Of a stretch of 64,000 nucleotides of DNA, positions 50,361-59,514 are shown piece after piece. The stretch spans positions 53,554-117,553 of the forward strand of contig CACPJC010000004.1 in NCBI GenBank assembly GCA_902634185.1, given 5' to 3'. The notes below the pieces were generated by a model. It did not search any database and was not told the origin of the DNA. It saw only the letters and a program-made list of their open reading frames with translations. The position numbers were made by a program, and so were the translations under genes. The DNA comes from an uncultured Candidatus Actinomarina sp. (GTDB taxonomy: Bacteria; Actinomycetota; Acidimicrobiia; Actinomarinales; Actinomarinaceae). Each line of letters begins with the position of its first letter. Within the stretch, counting starts at the first letter, position 1.

Positions 50361-52222
50361 AACATCGATTTTTGAATAATATTATTTCTAAATTTATCTG
50401 AAATAAAATCAAAATTTTCATTTCTATAAATTAATGAAACTTTCTGTGATATTTCTGCTGCTTCTCTTGATGCCTTTATAAAATCTCCTAACGTAATATT
50501 AAATTTGCTAATTGTATATTCGATATTATTTGATTTTATGTATTCACTAAAAATACTAAACCATGAAACATCTAACTTAGTCTTATTTTTAACATTGTGC
50601 TTACTTTCAAGAATGTTGACCGTTTCTTGAGTAATCAAAAATTTACTTAACAATTTACTTTGCTTTTTGTGAATTGGTATTTCATACTTTTGATTTGATA
50701 TACCGGAAGATAAAAACATTAGACAAAATTCAATATCATCTAGTTTATCCAACAACTCTATTCCAATTAGAAAACTATCACGATAAGTTTCAGTTAGGAG
50801 TTTATTTTTTTTGGATTCTGTAAAATAACCAAGATCATTTAAAACTGAAATTTTTGCTCTAAAATTTTTTTCTAATGATTGATCATTAATTTTGTTTTGA
50901 TAAGAATAAAAACTTTTTTTTATCATCTCTAATCCTTCATGTTCACCATATTTATTTTTAAGATTTAATACAGATCCATATGAATTTGAATATGAAGAAA
51001 TTAATTTATTTGGCTTTAAATTAAATAAATCATTAAACCAATTATTTTCAATCCTCCTGTCGTAATTAATGAAAGCAAAGCCCTTATTATCTATACCTCT
51101 TCTTCCTGCTCGGCCAGTTAATTGTAAAAATTCTGACTTTGAAATCAATCTAGTTCTTATACCGTCATATTTAAAAGATGAGTCGATCATAATTGATTTA
51201 GCTGGCATATTTATTCCTAAAGAAAGCGTCTCAGTAGCAAATAAAATATCAATATATCTATTAATAAATAAATGTTCTACAAATTCTTTGACAATTGGTG
51301 CCAGTCCAGCATGATGAAAACCAATTCCTCTTGACCACATCCAAAAAAGTTCATCTAAATTTAATAGATTAAATTCTTCACTTGTTAGATCCCCAAAAAC
51401 AGAATCGAATAACACTTTTAAGTCATGGTTGTCAGTTGTTTTTCCAATTAAGTTTGATGCATGTCTAGCTTTGCTTTCAACCTTATCCCTTGAAAAAAAG
51501 AAAAATATCGAGGGTGTTGAATTTTTTAAAAATATGAATTCTAATTGGTTTGAAAGTGTTGGTTTTTTAAATTTTCTATATTTTTTATCAAATTGAAAAA
51601 TTCGTTTATTTTTTTTATCTTTTGTTGATTTGATTGTTGTTATTTGATCATCATTCTGTGTTGCAGTAACTAATGAAATTTCTAGAGGAACAGGCCTTAT
51701 GTTTGATTTTATTAAATCGGTTGGACCTCTTTGTGAAACAATCCAACTTAAAAACTCATTCTCATTACCTATTGTTGCGGATAAACCAAGAATTTTTATT
51801 TTTTTGGGTAAATGAATGATAATTTCTTCCCAAGTCGCACCCCTTTCTTTGTCTGCTAGATAATGAACTTCATCTAAAATTACTAAACCAATTTCATTTA
51901 TCCGTACGTCCTCAGAAAATATCATATTTCTTAAAATCTCAGTAGTTGCAATTATTAAATTAGCGTTGGGGTTTTCATTTCTATCTCCTGTTAATAAGCC
52001 CGTGTCAATTCCTTCATTTTGAAAATCATTAAATTTTTGATTAGATAATGCTTTGATTGGCGTCGTATAAATGACTTTTTTTCCATCTTCAATGTATTTT
52101 TCAATGCCTTTTTCTGCAATTAATGTTTTACCAGAACCTGTTGGAGCTGTAACTAAAACATTCAGACCATCTAATAATGATTTGATTGCTTGTTTTTGAA
52201 AATTATCAAGCTCAAATTTCAC
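50357..52222 (-). CDS. helY: Ski2-like DEVH-box helicase (HelY-like, short form)
   Basis: It has APTGSGKT, ILDEVHY, GIGFHHAGL and QLTGRAGRRG. It lies next to tatC, as helY does in Mycobacterium. Confidence 0.8.
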   Translation of the reverse strand: MKFELDNFQKQAIKSLLDGLNVLVTAPTGSGKTLIAEKGIEKYIEDGKKVIYTTPIKALSNQKFNDFQNEGIDTGLLTGDRNENPNANLIIATTEILRNMIFSEDVRINEIGLVILDEVHYLADKERGATWEEIIIHLPKKIKILGLSATIGNENEFLSWIVSQRGPTDLIKSNIRPVPLEISLVTATQNDDQITTIKSTKDKKNKRIFQFDKKYRKFKKPTLSNQLEFIFLKNSTPSIFFFFSRDKVESKARHASNLIGKTTDNHDLKVLFDSVFGDLTSEEFNLLNLDELFWMWSRGIGFHHAGLAPIVKEFVEHLFINRYIDILFATETLSLGINMPAKSIMIDSSFKYDGIRTRLISKSEFLQLTGRAGRRGIDNKGFAFINYDRRIENNWFNDLFNLKPNKLISSYSNSYGSVLNLKNKYGEHEGLEMIKKSFYSYQNKINDQSLEKNFRAKISVLNDLGYFTESKKNKLLTETYRDSFLIGIELLDKLDDIEFCLMFLSSGISNQKYEIPIHKKQSKLLSKFLITQETVNILESKHNVKNKTKLDVSWFSIFSEYIKSNNIEYTISKFNITLGDFIKASREAAEISQKVSLIYRNENFDFISDKFRNNIIQKSML

Positions 52223-52917
52223 TTTGAACTTTTTTTATGTATAAAAATAGTAATTTCCATGAGTACATATAAAGGTATCGTGAAAACAAACAAACTAACG
52301 GGATCACCTGTGGGTGTAACAATTGCAGAAATTATTAATATGAATATAAATAGTTCAGCTCTGTTTTCTGTAAGTAATTGAATATTTAATATTCTTTTAT
52401 TTAAAAGAAATAATGTAACAAGAGGAAGTTGAAAAGTAATTGCAAATAAAAGAGCAACTCTTGTAATGAATTGATAATAATTTTGCGATCTCAGAATGAC
52501 TTCATTTTCATTAAATGAAAGTAGAAATTCAATGCCATATGAACCAAGGTTCAATGCCGAGTATATTCCTAAATAGTAAAAAATAGTAAAAAATACATTG
52601 TAAAAAATAAAGGATAGCCATGATAAATCTACTAATGCGGGTTTTAGAAAAACACCAAGATTTAACAAAGTAAGTGGAAGTAATAAAATTAGTGAAATTA
52701 AAAAAACATTTGTAATTTTTACTTGAAACCCTTCATAAATAGTTAGTGCAAATATATTTGACTGATCGTATCCAGCATCAATTAATGGTTTATTGAGAAT
52801 TTCAACAAAGAAGTGATACTCAATATATACATAAATTCCAAATATAAGAATTAATAACAGAGAAAATAAGATTCTAGTATTTAATTCTTTAAGGTGATCA
52901 AAAAAAGGTTTCTTCAT
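52219..52917 (-). CDS. tatC: twin-arginine translocase subunit TatC
   Basis: It has MKKPFFDHLKELNTRIL and six TM segments. I prefer the ATG at 52917, which forms an ATGA overlap with the tatA stop. The ORF-track start is 52944. Confidence 0.85.
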   Translation of the reverse strand: MKKPFFDHLKELNTRILFSLLLILIFGIYVYIEYHFFVEILNKPLIDAGYDQSNIFALTIYEGFQVKITNVFLISLILLLPLTLLNLGVFLKPALVDLSWLSFIFYNVFFTIFYYLGIYSALNLGSYGIEFLLSFNENEVILRSQNYYQFITRVALLFAITFQLPLVTLFLLNKRILNIQLLTENRAELFIFILIISAIVTPTGDPVSLFVFTIPLYVLMEITIFIHKKSSK

Positions 52918-53090
52918 TCTTCTTCGTTCTCTATCCATTCCCATTTTTGATTTAAGCTAGAATCACCAATTACTTTTCGAGTTGGACCTTCGTTGAAATT
53001 CTGAAATGTGTCCATAAGTTTTTTTATACGTTTTTTATCAACTATCCCCAAGGAGATAAATAATATAATCAAAAGTTCAGTAAGACTCAT
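52914..53090 (-). CDS. tatA: twin-arginine translocase subunit TatA/E (58 aa, below the ORF-track cut-off)
   Basis: My hand translation is MSLTELLIILFISLGIVDKKRIKKLMDTFQNFNEG..., an N-terminal TM plus amphipathic basic helix. It has ATGA overlaps with pafC upstream and tatC downstream. Confidence 0.65.
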   Translation of the reverse strand: MSLTELLIILFISLGIVDKKRIKKLMDTFQNFNEGPTRKVIGDSSLNQKWEWIENEEE

Positions 53091-53941
53091 AAATTTATCA
53101 TATCTACTAAATTATTAATTCTTTTGTTGAATTCAATTTTTAATTTATTTGGTGAAACAATTTGTAGTTCTTGAAAATGCTCAAAGAAAAACTCTAATGC
53201 TACATTAAAATCTCTAAATGTGTAAATACACAATCCATCTTTGAAAAAGGTATTATCTTTATCTAACTTATTTGAAAAATTTTCGTTTTTGTATTTGAAT
53301 TTTACTTCTATCGAATTGATTTTTTCTTTATTACTTGAACTTATGAGATTTAATTCATTAACCTCAATTATTCTATAAATTAAAAAAGTTTTAACTTTGT
53401 TATCAATTAAATCAATTGCTTCTAAAACATTTCCATCTTGATTGTTTGAAATGGAAATAGGTTTAATAGAGTATGTTTTAGAATAATCGTACCCGATTTT
53501 TAGATATTCTATATTTATATCTGTTAGTAAATGTATTGAAAGGTTATCTTCAAATTCTATATTTGACTTTTCATCAAAATACATATCAAGGATTTTTAAA
53601 AAATTATTGTAATCTTTTTTATTTATGTTTTGAATATTAAGATTTTGGTTGCTTTTCAATAAATTATAGATTTTAAACAATTCAAAATCGGTTATTGTAT
53701 TCAATTCTTTAAATGTAGATGAATATTCAAAAAAAATAACATTTTCAGACGAATCAATCTCAAAATCAATAAAATTTTCTCCATTAACTGAATAAACCTC
53801 GGACATAATATTAAGCATATAAACAATTGTTTCAATATCTTTGCCAAGCTTTTTAGTCAAATCATCAATATTCCATTTGTTACTATCTTTTAAAATATTG
53901 ATGAAAAATGTGAAATCTTGTAGTTGTAATTTATTTTTCAT
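53087..53941 (-). CDS. pafC: WYL-domain regulator, PafC-like
   Basis: It sits between the pafB-like gene and tatA. A WYL-like segment ...VLEAIDLIDNKVKTFLIYRI... is present, but the sequence is divergent. Confidence 0.5.
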   Translation of the reverse strand: MKNKLQLQDFTFFINILKDSNKWNIDDLTKKLGKDIETIVYMLNIMSEVYSVNGENFIDFEIDSSENVIFFEYSSTFKELNTITDFELFKIYNLLKSNQNLNIQNINKKDYNNFLKILDMYFDEKSNIEFEDNLSIHLLTDINIEYLKIGYDYSKTYSIKPISISNNQDGNVLEAIDLIDNKVKTFLIYRIIEVNELNLISSSNKEKINSIEVKFKYKNENFSNKLDKDNTFFKDGLCIYTFRDFNVALEFFFEHFQELQIVSPNKLKIEFNKRINNLVDMINL

Positions 53942-54761
53942 CTAAATACTCCAAAAACCTTTTTTTGTCGTTACTAGTCATTTGTATTATTTTTGCATCT
54001 GTGATCAAAATAAAAACGATTAATTTTTGAATATCATATGTTGAAATTTCAATATTTATTTTATTTCCATCGTCATTGCTTTTAATTAACGAATGTTTAA
54101 AACTATTTTTTTGAACAATATAATGATCTTTTAATATTGATAAAGTAATGAAAATTGGTTGAATCCTTTCTTCCCATGAAAAATTAATTGTTTTTAACTC
54201 GATATCATGTAAGTCAGGTTTAGTTCCAAGTTTAAGATCATCTATATTGTCAATTTTAAATGTCTTAAACTTCGACTGTTCATTTGCGCCTACATACCAT
54301 TGGTTGTCATATTGTTTTAAACCAAGAGGATATACTTTTCTTAAAGAACTTTTATATTTGAACGAAACTCTTCTTTTTTCATTTATAGCTTGAGTTATTT
54401 TTGATATATTTATATTTCTACTGTTAAATTGATAATCTGATTTAAAAAACTGTTTTATCAAGCGATAAGTATTTATAAAATCATCAATATTGATAGCTTC
54501 GTTATTTTTTATATCATCAAATATCTGAGTGCCTGATAATTTATATCCATCATTAATTTTCCATTTATCATTTTCAAAATCCAATAAAAAACCCATGTCC
54601 TTTAATAAAGCTTTATCTCTTTCAAATGATCTTTTAAAAGCAGATTCACTTAATTCTCTGTATTCAATTACATTGTCTTTAATAAAATTTGTTGTTAAAT
54701 TTTCATTATTTAAAGAGAATAAAGTTAATAATTTAAGACATCTTTTGAACACATTCTTCAT
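53931..54761 (-). CDS. pafB: HTH-WYL-domain regulator, PafB-like
   Basis: It has an N-terminal wHTH (...SAFKRSFERDKALLKDMGF...) and a WYL segment (VYPLGLKQYDNQWYVGA...FKTFKIDNI). Confidence 0.6.
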   Translation of the reverse strand: MKNVFKRCLKLLTLFSLNNENLTTNFIKDNVIEYRELSESAFKRSFERDKALLKDMGFLLDFENDKWKINDGYKLSGTQIFDDIKNNEAINIDDFINTYRLIKQFFKSDYQFNSRNINISKITQAINEKRRVSFKYKSSLRKVYPLGLKQYDNQWYVGANEQSKFKTFKIDNIDDLKLGTKPDLHDIELKTINFSWEERIQPIFITLSILKDHYIVQKNSFKHSLIKSNDDGNKINIEISTYDIQKLIVFILITDAKIIQMTSNDKKRFLEYLDEK

Positions 54762-54851
54762 AGGTTTTCCTACTCTTATTTTATTTAATTCTGTATATTA
54801 TTTTTTTACTCTTGTATTTGTATATAGCAAAATTAATGTATCATTGAATAT

Positions 54852-55100
54852 ATGAAAGTATGGATTGACCAAGACCTATGCACTGGTGATGGCCTTTGTG
54901 AAGAAATATGTCCTGACGTTTTTGTTGGTAAAGATGATGGACTATTTTATGTTAAAGAAGGTGACAAAATTTTCTCAGAGGAAGATGGGAATGTTGGTGG
55001 TGCTGAAGGCTTAGCTGTTGTACCAAAAGGACAAGAGGAAGCTGTTATAGAGTCGGCAGAAGAGTGCCCTGGTGAATGCATAATGATCGAGCCTAGTTAG
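54852..55100 (+). CDS. single-cluster ferredoxin
   Basis: It has CTGDGLCEEICP (Cx2Dx2Cx3CP) and a distal CP (EECPGEC). Confidence 0.8.
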   Translation: MKVWIDQDLCTGDGLCEEICPDVFVGKDDGLFYVKEGDKIFSEEDGNVGGAEGLAVVPKGQEEAVIESAEECPGECIMIEPS

Positions 55101-55872
55101 ACAAAAACCTAGCACTTACCACAAATCCTGTATGACCTACCATTTCATTTTTTGGTCTTACAATTTTTTTATCCACGATCCATTCACGATTTAGAGTTTC
55201 CATTATTTTGATATTTGTAAAATTATGTTCATTGAGTTTGATGACAATTTTCTCTACTTGTGTAATTGATGGCAAATAAGATACCCAATTTAAATTTTTT
55301 TCGATTTTATTTTTCATAAAAAACTCCCAAGGTTCAGGAATATCAGTGATTATAGTGTCTACTTCATCTGCAATATCTTTAAAAGAAAAATTTGATAAAT
55401 TAGTATTTATATAATTTACATTTAAGAAATTATTATTGATTTTTGATGAAGTTAAGAATCGTTCAATTGTTTTTTGTGCTCTCCTTTGATTCCTTTTACT
55501 TTCATCTAAGGTAAACAGTTGGCTTTCTTTATCTAGAATTAAATTTAAATAAAGTGTTAAAGCTCCGGAACCAGTACCAATTTCTAATATATTAGAATTC
55601 TTATTTATGTTTCCAGCGATCAATATTGATCCAATATCTTTTGGATATATAATCTGTGGTCCACGTTTCATAAGTAAAATAAACTCTTCGAATGATGGAA
55701 TATACACATGATATTCGTGGTTATTAGAAGAATTTATAACGGATGGTAATTCTTTTATATCATTAAATTTTATTACACCGTTTTGTGTTACAAACTCTTG
55801 ATCATCTTTTAAAACAGCTAAATGTTTATTTTTATTATTTTTAAGAACTACAACAGTGTTATCAAGACTCAC
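55093..55872 (-). CDS. trmI: tRNA (adenine58-N1)-methyltransferase TrmI
   Basis: It has the SAM motif LEIGTGSGALT and the C-terminal GHTGFVVSARF. The start is GTG. Confidence 0.8.
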   Translation of the reverse strand: MSLDNTVVVLKNNKNKHLAVLKDDQEFVTQNGVIKFNDIKELPSVINSSNNHEYHVYIPSFEEFILLMKRGPQIIYPKDIGSILIAGNINKNSNILEIGTGSGALTLYLNLILDKESQLFTLDESKRNQRRAQKTIERFLTSSKINNNFLNVNYINTNLSNFSFKDIADEVDTIITDIPEPWEFFMKNKIEKNLNWVSYLPSITQVEKIVIKLNEHNFTNIKIMETLNREWIVDKKIVRPKNEMVGHTGFVVSARFLSN

Positions 55873-55878
55873 TTAGTA

Positions 55879-55968
55879 TCAAAGTAAGAGTAAAAAATAA
55901 GCAATTGTTGAGAGTACAACTCCAGCAGATATTGCAACAGCAACAAATTTCTGTAATGACTTATTCAT
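55879..55968 (-). CDS. possible 29-aa single-TM peptide
   Basis: The sequence is MNKSLQKFVAVAISAGVVLSTIAYFLLLL. An ATGA overlap links it to the preceding 50-aa ORF. Confidence 0.25.
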   Translation of the reverse strand: MNKSLQKFVAVAISAGVVLSTIAYFLLLL

Positions 55969-56117
55969 TTTCTAAATTTCATTTTTTTTCTAAATTTTTT
56001 ATATTTTTCTAAAAGTCTTCCAAGAATTATACCGTAAATTAGAAAACTGATAAGTTTAGAGTTTTCAGTGTTGATATTGTTTTTTAAATCATTGTAATTA
56101 TCTTTAAACTCGTTCAT
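55965..56117 (-). CDS. possible 50-aa single-TM protein with a basic tail
   Basis: The sequence is MNEFKDNYNDLKNNINTENSKLISFLIYGIILGRLLEKYKKFRKKMKFRK. An ATGA overlap links it to the 97-aa ORF upstream. Confidence 0.3.
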   Translation of the reverse strand: MNEFKDNYNDLKNNINTENSKLISFLIYGIILGRLLEKYKKFRKKMKFRK

Positions 56118-56407
56118 TTTAAGAGTCTCCAAATTATGAAACTAAATGCCAATATGCATAGAAAAGACATTGAGAAATATACCATAGCTTGAATAAAGTA
56201 ATTTCCATTGAAAACCTGTGTAAGAACGCTTGAAATACCAAAAATAATAAAAAAAGTAGCAATAGCAAAATAATTACCAGCTTTAAAATTTTTTCTTAAA
56301 GACTTAATTGAGTCTTCAACTTCATCATATGTTTCTTCTTTAGCATGTCTAATTAATGAATCAGCTGTTTTGATTGCGTTTGTTGATAAATTTAAAAAAC
56401 TATTCAC
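56114..56407 (-). CDS. small membrane protein (amphipathic N-terminus plus 2 TM, actinobacterial holin-X-like topology)
   Basis: The 97-aa protein overlaps the end of the AI-2E transporter gene by 8 nt. Confidence 0.5.
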   Translation of the reverse strand: MNSFLNLSTNAIKTADSLIRHAKEETYDEVEDSIKSLRKNFKAGNYFAIATFFIIFGISSVLTQVFNGNYFIQAMVYFSMSFLCILAFSFIIWRLLK

Positions 56408-57437
56408 TATTATCTCTATTTAACAAAATTATTTCTATTATTCCTTGAATTGTGGCTGCTATGGGTAAAGCTAATACAGCACCAATTACTCCTGCAGTAT
56501 AAGCTCCAAATATAGTAGCAAATACTGCTACTGCTGGATGGATATCCATTGTGACTTTTGTAACTCTTGGACTAATGAAATAATTCTCAATAAATTGATA
56601 TGCAATTAAGACTACCAATGTATAAAGTATATAAGTTGGTCCTAATGATATAGATGCTAGCACAGGAACAATACCTCCTAAAAATGTGCCAACGGCAGGA
56701 ACAAGTTGTGATAATAATCCTGCAGAAATTCCCAAGGCAAATGGTGAGGGTAATCCAATAATTAAAAAAGATATTGTGAAGGCGATGCTTGCAAGTATTC
56801 CAAGAATTACTCTAGCCGCTATCCATGCTCCAGCTTTTGATACTCCAATTGTCCAGACTTGATCAATAGTTTTAGATATATTTCCTGGAAGAGCATCTTT
56901 AAGGCGAATTCTCCACCCATCCCCTTCTGCAATTAGATAAAATGAAAAAAAGAATATAACAAAAAAATGAAACATTGCATTTAATATTCCTCTTCCAGCA
57001 AAAACAACCGTGTTTCCCACAGCACTACCATATTCTCTGAATAAATTATTAAATTCTTCCTCGAGATTTAATGACTGATTGGATATTGAAAATCCCTCAC
57101 TGTTAAAATATTTCACGATATTGTCAAAATATTCAGGCATGTTTGAGGACAAAAGATATAATTCTTGAACCATTATTGGAATAATTGAAAATATTATTCC
57201 TCCGATTACCAAAATAATTGTTCCAACAGTAATAATCGTTGAGAGTCTTCTATTAAATTTTTTTGATAATCTATAAACTATTGGTTCAGCAAGCACTGAC
57301 AAAACTACTGCTACAAACAAATCGAAAAGTAACGCTCTTACTCTAAGAAATATAAAAAATGAAAACCCTATCAAAACTATATACAAGAAAGCCCTATTTA
57401 AAAGCGCCTGTCGTGTTTCACCTTTAAAATTATCCAC
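56400..57437 (-). CDS. AI-2E family transporter (PerM/UPF0118)
   Basis: It is polytopic and contains GLPSPFALGISAGLLSQLVPAVGTFLGGIVPVL. The start is GTG. Confidence 0.85.
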   Translation of the reverse strand: MDNFKGETRQALLNRAFLYIVLIGFSFFIFLRVRALLFDLFVAVVLSVLAEPIVYRLSKKFNRRLSTIITVGTIILVIGGIIFSIIPIMVQELYLLSSNMPEYFDNIVKYFNSEGFSISNQSLNLEEEFNNLFREYGSAVGNTVVFAGRGILNAMFHFFVIFFFSFYLIAEGDGWRIRLKDALPGNISKTIDQVWTIGVSKAGAWIAARVILGILASIAFTISFLIIGLPSPFALGISAGLLSQLVPAVGTFLGGIVPVLASISLGPTYILYTLVVLIAYQFIENYFISPRVTKVTMDIHPAVAVFATIFGAYTAGVIGAVLALPIAATIQGIIEIILLNRDNSE

Positions 57438-57442
57438 GATAT

Positions 57443-59002
57443 TTAGACCGAATTAACCGTTTTATAGTTACGATTTATAAACGCAATATACATAAAGAAT
57501 ATTATTAGTCCACTAGAAAAATACAGATCAAAATCTGAAATCTCATCAAACATTAGGTTTCTTGTAATGAGAATAAGAGCTTGAAGTGCAGCTGAGATAA
57601 GTAATATTCTAAACTTTAAATCAACTCTTCGTATTGTAAGGTTTAATAGCAACAATCCTGTTCCTAATTTAATTAAAGCCTCAAATGTATTACTCGAAAT
57701 AAAATATAGCTCTCTTAATGTGAAGAAACCAGACAACCCAATACCACCAAGAGTTATTTGAAATATTCCAATTAAAACCAATAGTGATGATATCCATGCC
57801 AAAGAAAAATTACTGAACGACAACTTAGCTTTGATTGGTGTTGGCCATGGTTGCAGCGGGTTTACTCTACTAATGATATTTGATGACAGTTTAAAGACTG
57901 AACGTTCGTAGTCTCCAAACAAAATTGCAAATAATAAAAGTACAAATACGTACAAAAATGTTTCAATGTTGAATATATACATAAAGAATAAAATAAAAAT
58001 ATGCCAAAGAAATAAAGTAAAAATATTTGCATGAATATATGAAAATATATTCCATATAACTTTGTTCTTTAATGCTTCCTCAATTGGTTTTCTTAAAGTT
58101 AAAAAAACAGAAGATAAACCCAATGAGGCTATTAAGTAATAAAGTGTTGGGGGATCTTCATTAGAAGTAAGGATTAATCTATAACTTGATAACGACAGAA
58201 ATTCATCAGAAGAGTTACTTTTATAAAACAAATATCCAAAACTTAACAAAGATAATGAAATAAAAAATGAAATTTTAAATGAGAATATTTTTCCATCTGC
58301 GAAAAAGTATCCTAGTTGATGGATTGCCAACCAAAACAAAAGGTAATTTATTAGTCTAAGGTAACTAAAAGCAAGTGGAAACTCAAAAGTATCAATGGCT
58401 ACTGTTGAGAGGACAAAAGCAGCTAATGTAAAATACGGATTTGTTTTATGAAGAAATAATGTAAAGGGGCTAAAAATTACGACTACTAGATATATAGACA
58501 CTAACCATAATGGCCACATTATAAACTCAGTCAATGGAACAACACCATCATCTTGGCTTGTAAAATACAGGGGTACATTTGTTGTTCTTGTATATATATT
58601 GAGCGATATGGTGATAACAAAAATCCATACTATTACAGGTCCTAAAAGCGCGTTTACTCTGTCAGTTAAAAATTTCCATTGACTACCATCACGTCCAACA
58701 TTCGAATACCATGCAATTTTATTTGTAAAACCTACAGAAAAGAAAAACAATGCCATTCCAACTGTGAACCATGTATATGAGGTCTTTAATGAATCATCAA
58801 ATGAAAGATTATATATTTGGTATTCTCCAAAGGAATCATTAAACCTTATAAGATAAGTTGTATTAAAAATAACCATCAAAAGACCTACAACTTTTAGAAA
58901 ATCTATGAATCGCTCTCTAGACATAGAAGTATTTTCTATTTCTTTTTTGATAGTTTTAAAACTCTTAAAACCTGGCAAAAATAATTTAATTATTTTGATC
59001 AC
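57443..59002 (-). CDS. large polytopic membrane protein, possibly acyltransferase-3-like
   Basis: It has more than 10 TM segments. The segment RERFIDFLKVVGLLMVIFN resembles the acyltransferase-3 N-terminus. The start is uncertain. Confidence 0.4.
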   Translation of the reverse strand: MIKIIKLFLPGFKSFKTIKKEIENTSMSRERFIDFLKVVGLLMVIFNTTYLIRFNDSFGEYQIYNLSFDDSLKTSYTWFTVGMALFFFSVGFTNKIAWYSNVGRDGSQWKFLTDRVNALLGPVIVWIFVITISLNIYTRTTNVPLYFTSQDDGVVPLTEFIMWPLWLVSIYLVVVIFSPFTLFLHKTNPYFTLAAFVLSTVAIDTFEFPLAFSYLRLINYLLFWLAIHQLGYFFADGKIFSFKISFFISLSLLSFGYLFYKSNSSDEFLSLSSYRLILTSNEDPPTLYYLIASLGLSSVFLTLRKPIEEALKNKVIWNIFSYIHANIFTLFLWHIFILFFMYIFNIETFLYVFVLLLFAILFGDYERSVFKLSSNIISRVNPLQPWPTPIKAKLSFSNFSLAWISSLLVLIGIFQITLGGIGLSGFFTLRELYFISSNTFEALIKLGTGLLLLNLTIRRVDLKFRILLISAALQALILITRNLMFDEISDFDLYFSSGLIIFFMYIAFINRNYKTVNSV

Positions 59003-59041
59003 ATTAAATATTTTACCGTTCTTATGAACGTTGAATAGGAA

Positions 59042-59047
59042 TATAAT
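59042..59047 (+). promoter_or_regulatory. candidate -10 box (TATAAT) of a leaderless promoter for trmL
   Basis: A perfect TATAAT ends 6 nt before the GTG at 59054. Confidence 0.45.
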
Positions 59048-59053
59048 ATTTAT

Positions 59054-59500
59054 GTGGAAATTGTTTTATATAAACCTGAAATTGCTGGAAATGTAGGTGC
59101 ATGTATAAGACTTTCAGCAAATACTGGTTTAGCCTTGAATCTCATAAAGCCATTTGGTTTTAGTTTTCAAGAAAACAAAATCAGACGAGCTGGATTGGAT
59201 TATCACGATCTAGCCTCGGTCAGTGTTTTTGAGAATTGGAATAATTTTTATAGCGAAAATAAAGATAAAAAAATATGTTTTTTATCAGTAAAGGGTAGTC
59301 AAAACATTTGGGATGCTAATTTAAATGAATACGATTATATGATTTTTGGACCAGAGTCAGTTGGTCTGCCTGATGATATTCTTGAATTACAATATGAGAC
59401 ACTATCAATTCCAATGAATGAAAACTCTAGAAGTATTAATCTCGCAAATGCTGTTTCAATAGTAAGCTATGAGTTTCTCAGACAAAATTATAAAAATTGA
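59054..59500 (+). CDS. trmL: tRNA (cytidine/uridine-2'-O)-methyltransferase TrmL (SpoU family)
   Basis: It has GNVGACIRLSANTG, FGPESVGLP and RSINLANAVSIVSYE. Confidence 0.85.
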   Translation: MEIVLYKPEIAGNVGACIRLSANTGLALNLIKPFGFSFQENKIRRAGLDYHDLASVSVFENWNNFYSENKDKKICFLSVKGSQNIWDANLNEYDYMIFGPESVGLPDDILELQYETLSIPMNENSRSINLANAVSIVSYEFLRQNYKN

Positions 59501-59502
59501 CG

Positions 59503-59508
59503 TAAAAT
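59503..59508 (+). promoter_or_regulatory. candidate -10 box (TAAAAT) of a leaderless promoter for yajQ
   Basis: The TANNNT hexamer sits at -12..-7 of the ATG at 59515. Confidence 0.35.
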
Positions 59509-59514
59509 TACCTT

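Noticed and set aside
53087-54761. The two WYL-domain proteins as regulators of a defence system (BrxR/CapW-like)
   Set aside because: The neighbours are tatA, tatC and helY, not defence genes. This is the PafB/PafC position conserved in Actinobacteria.
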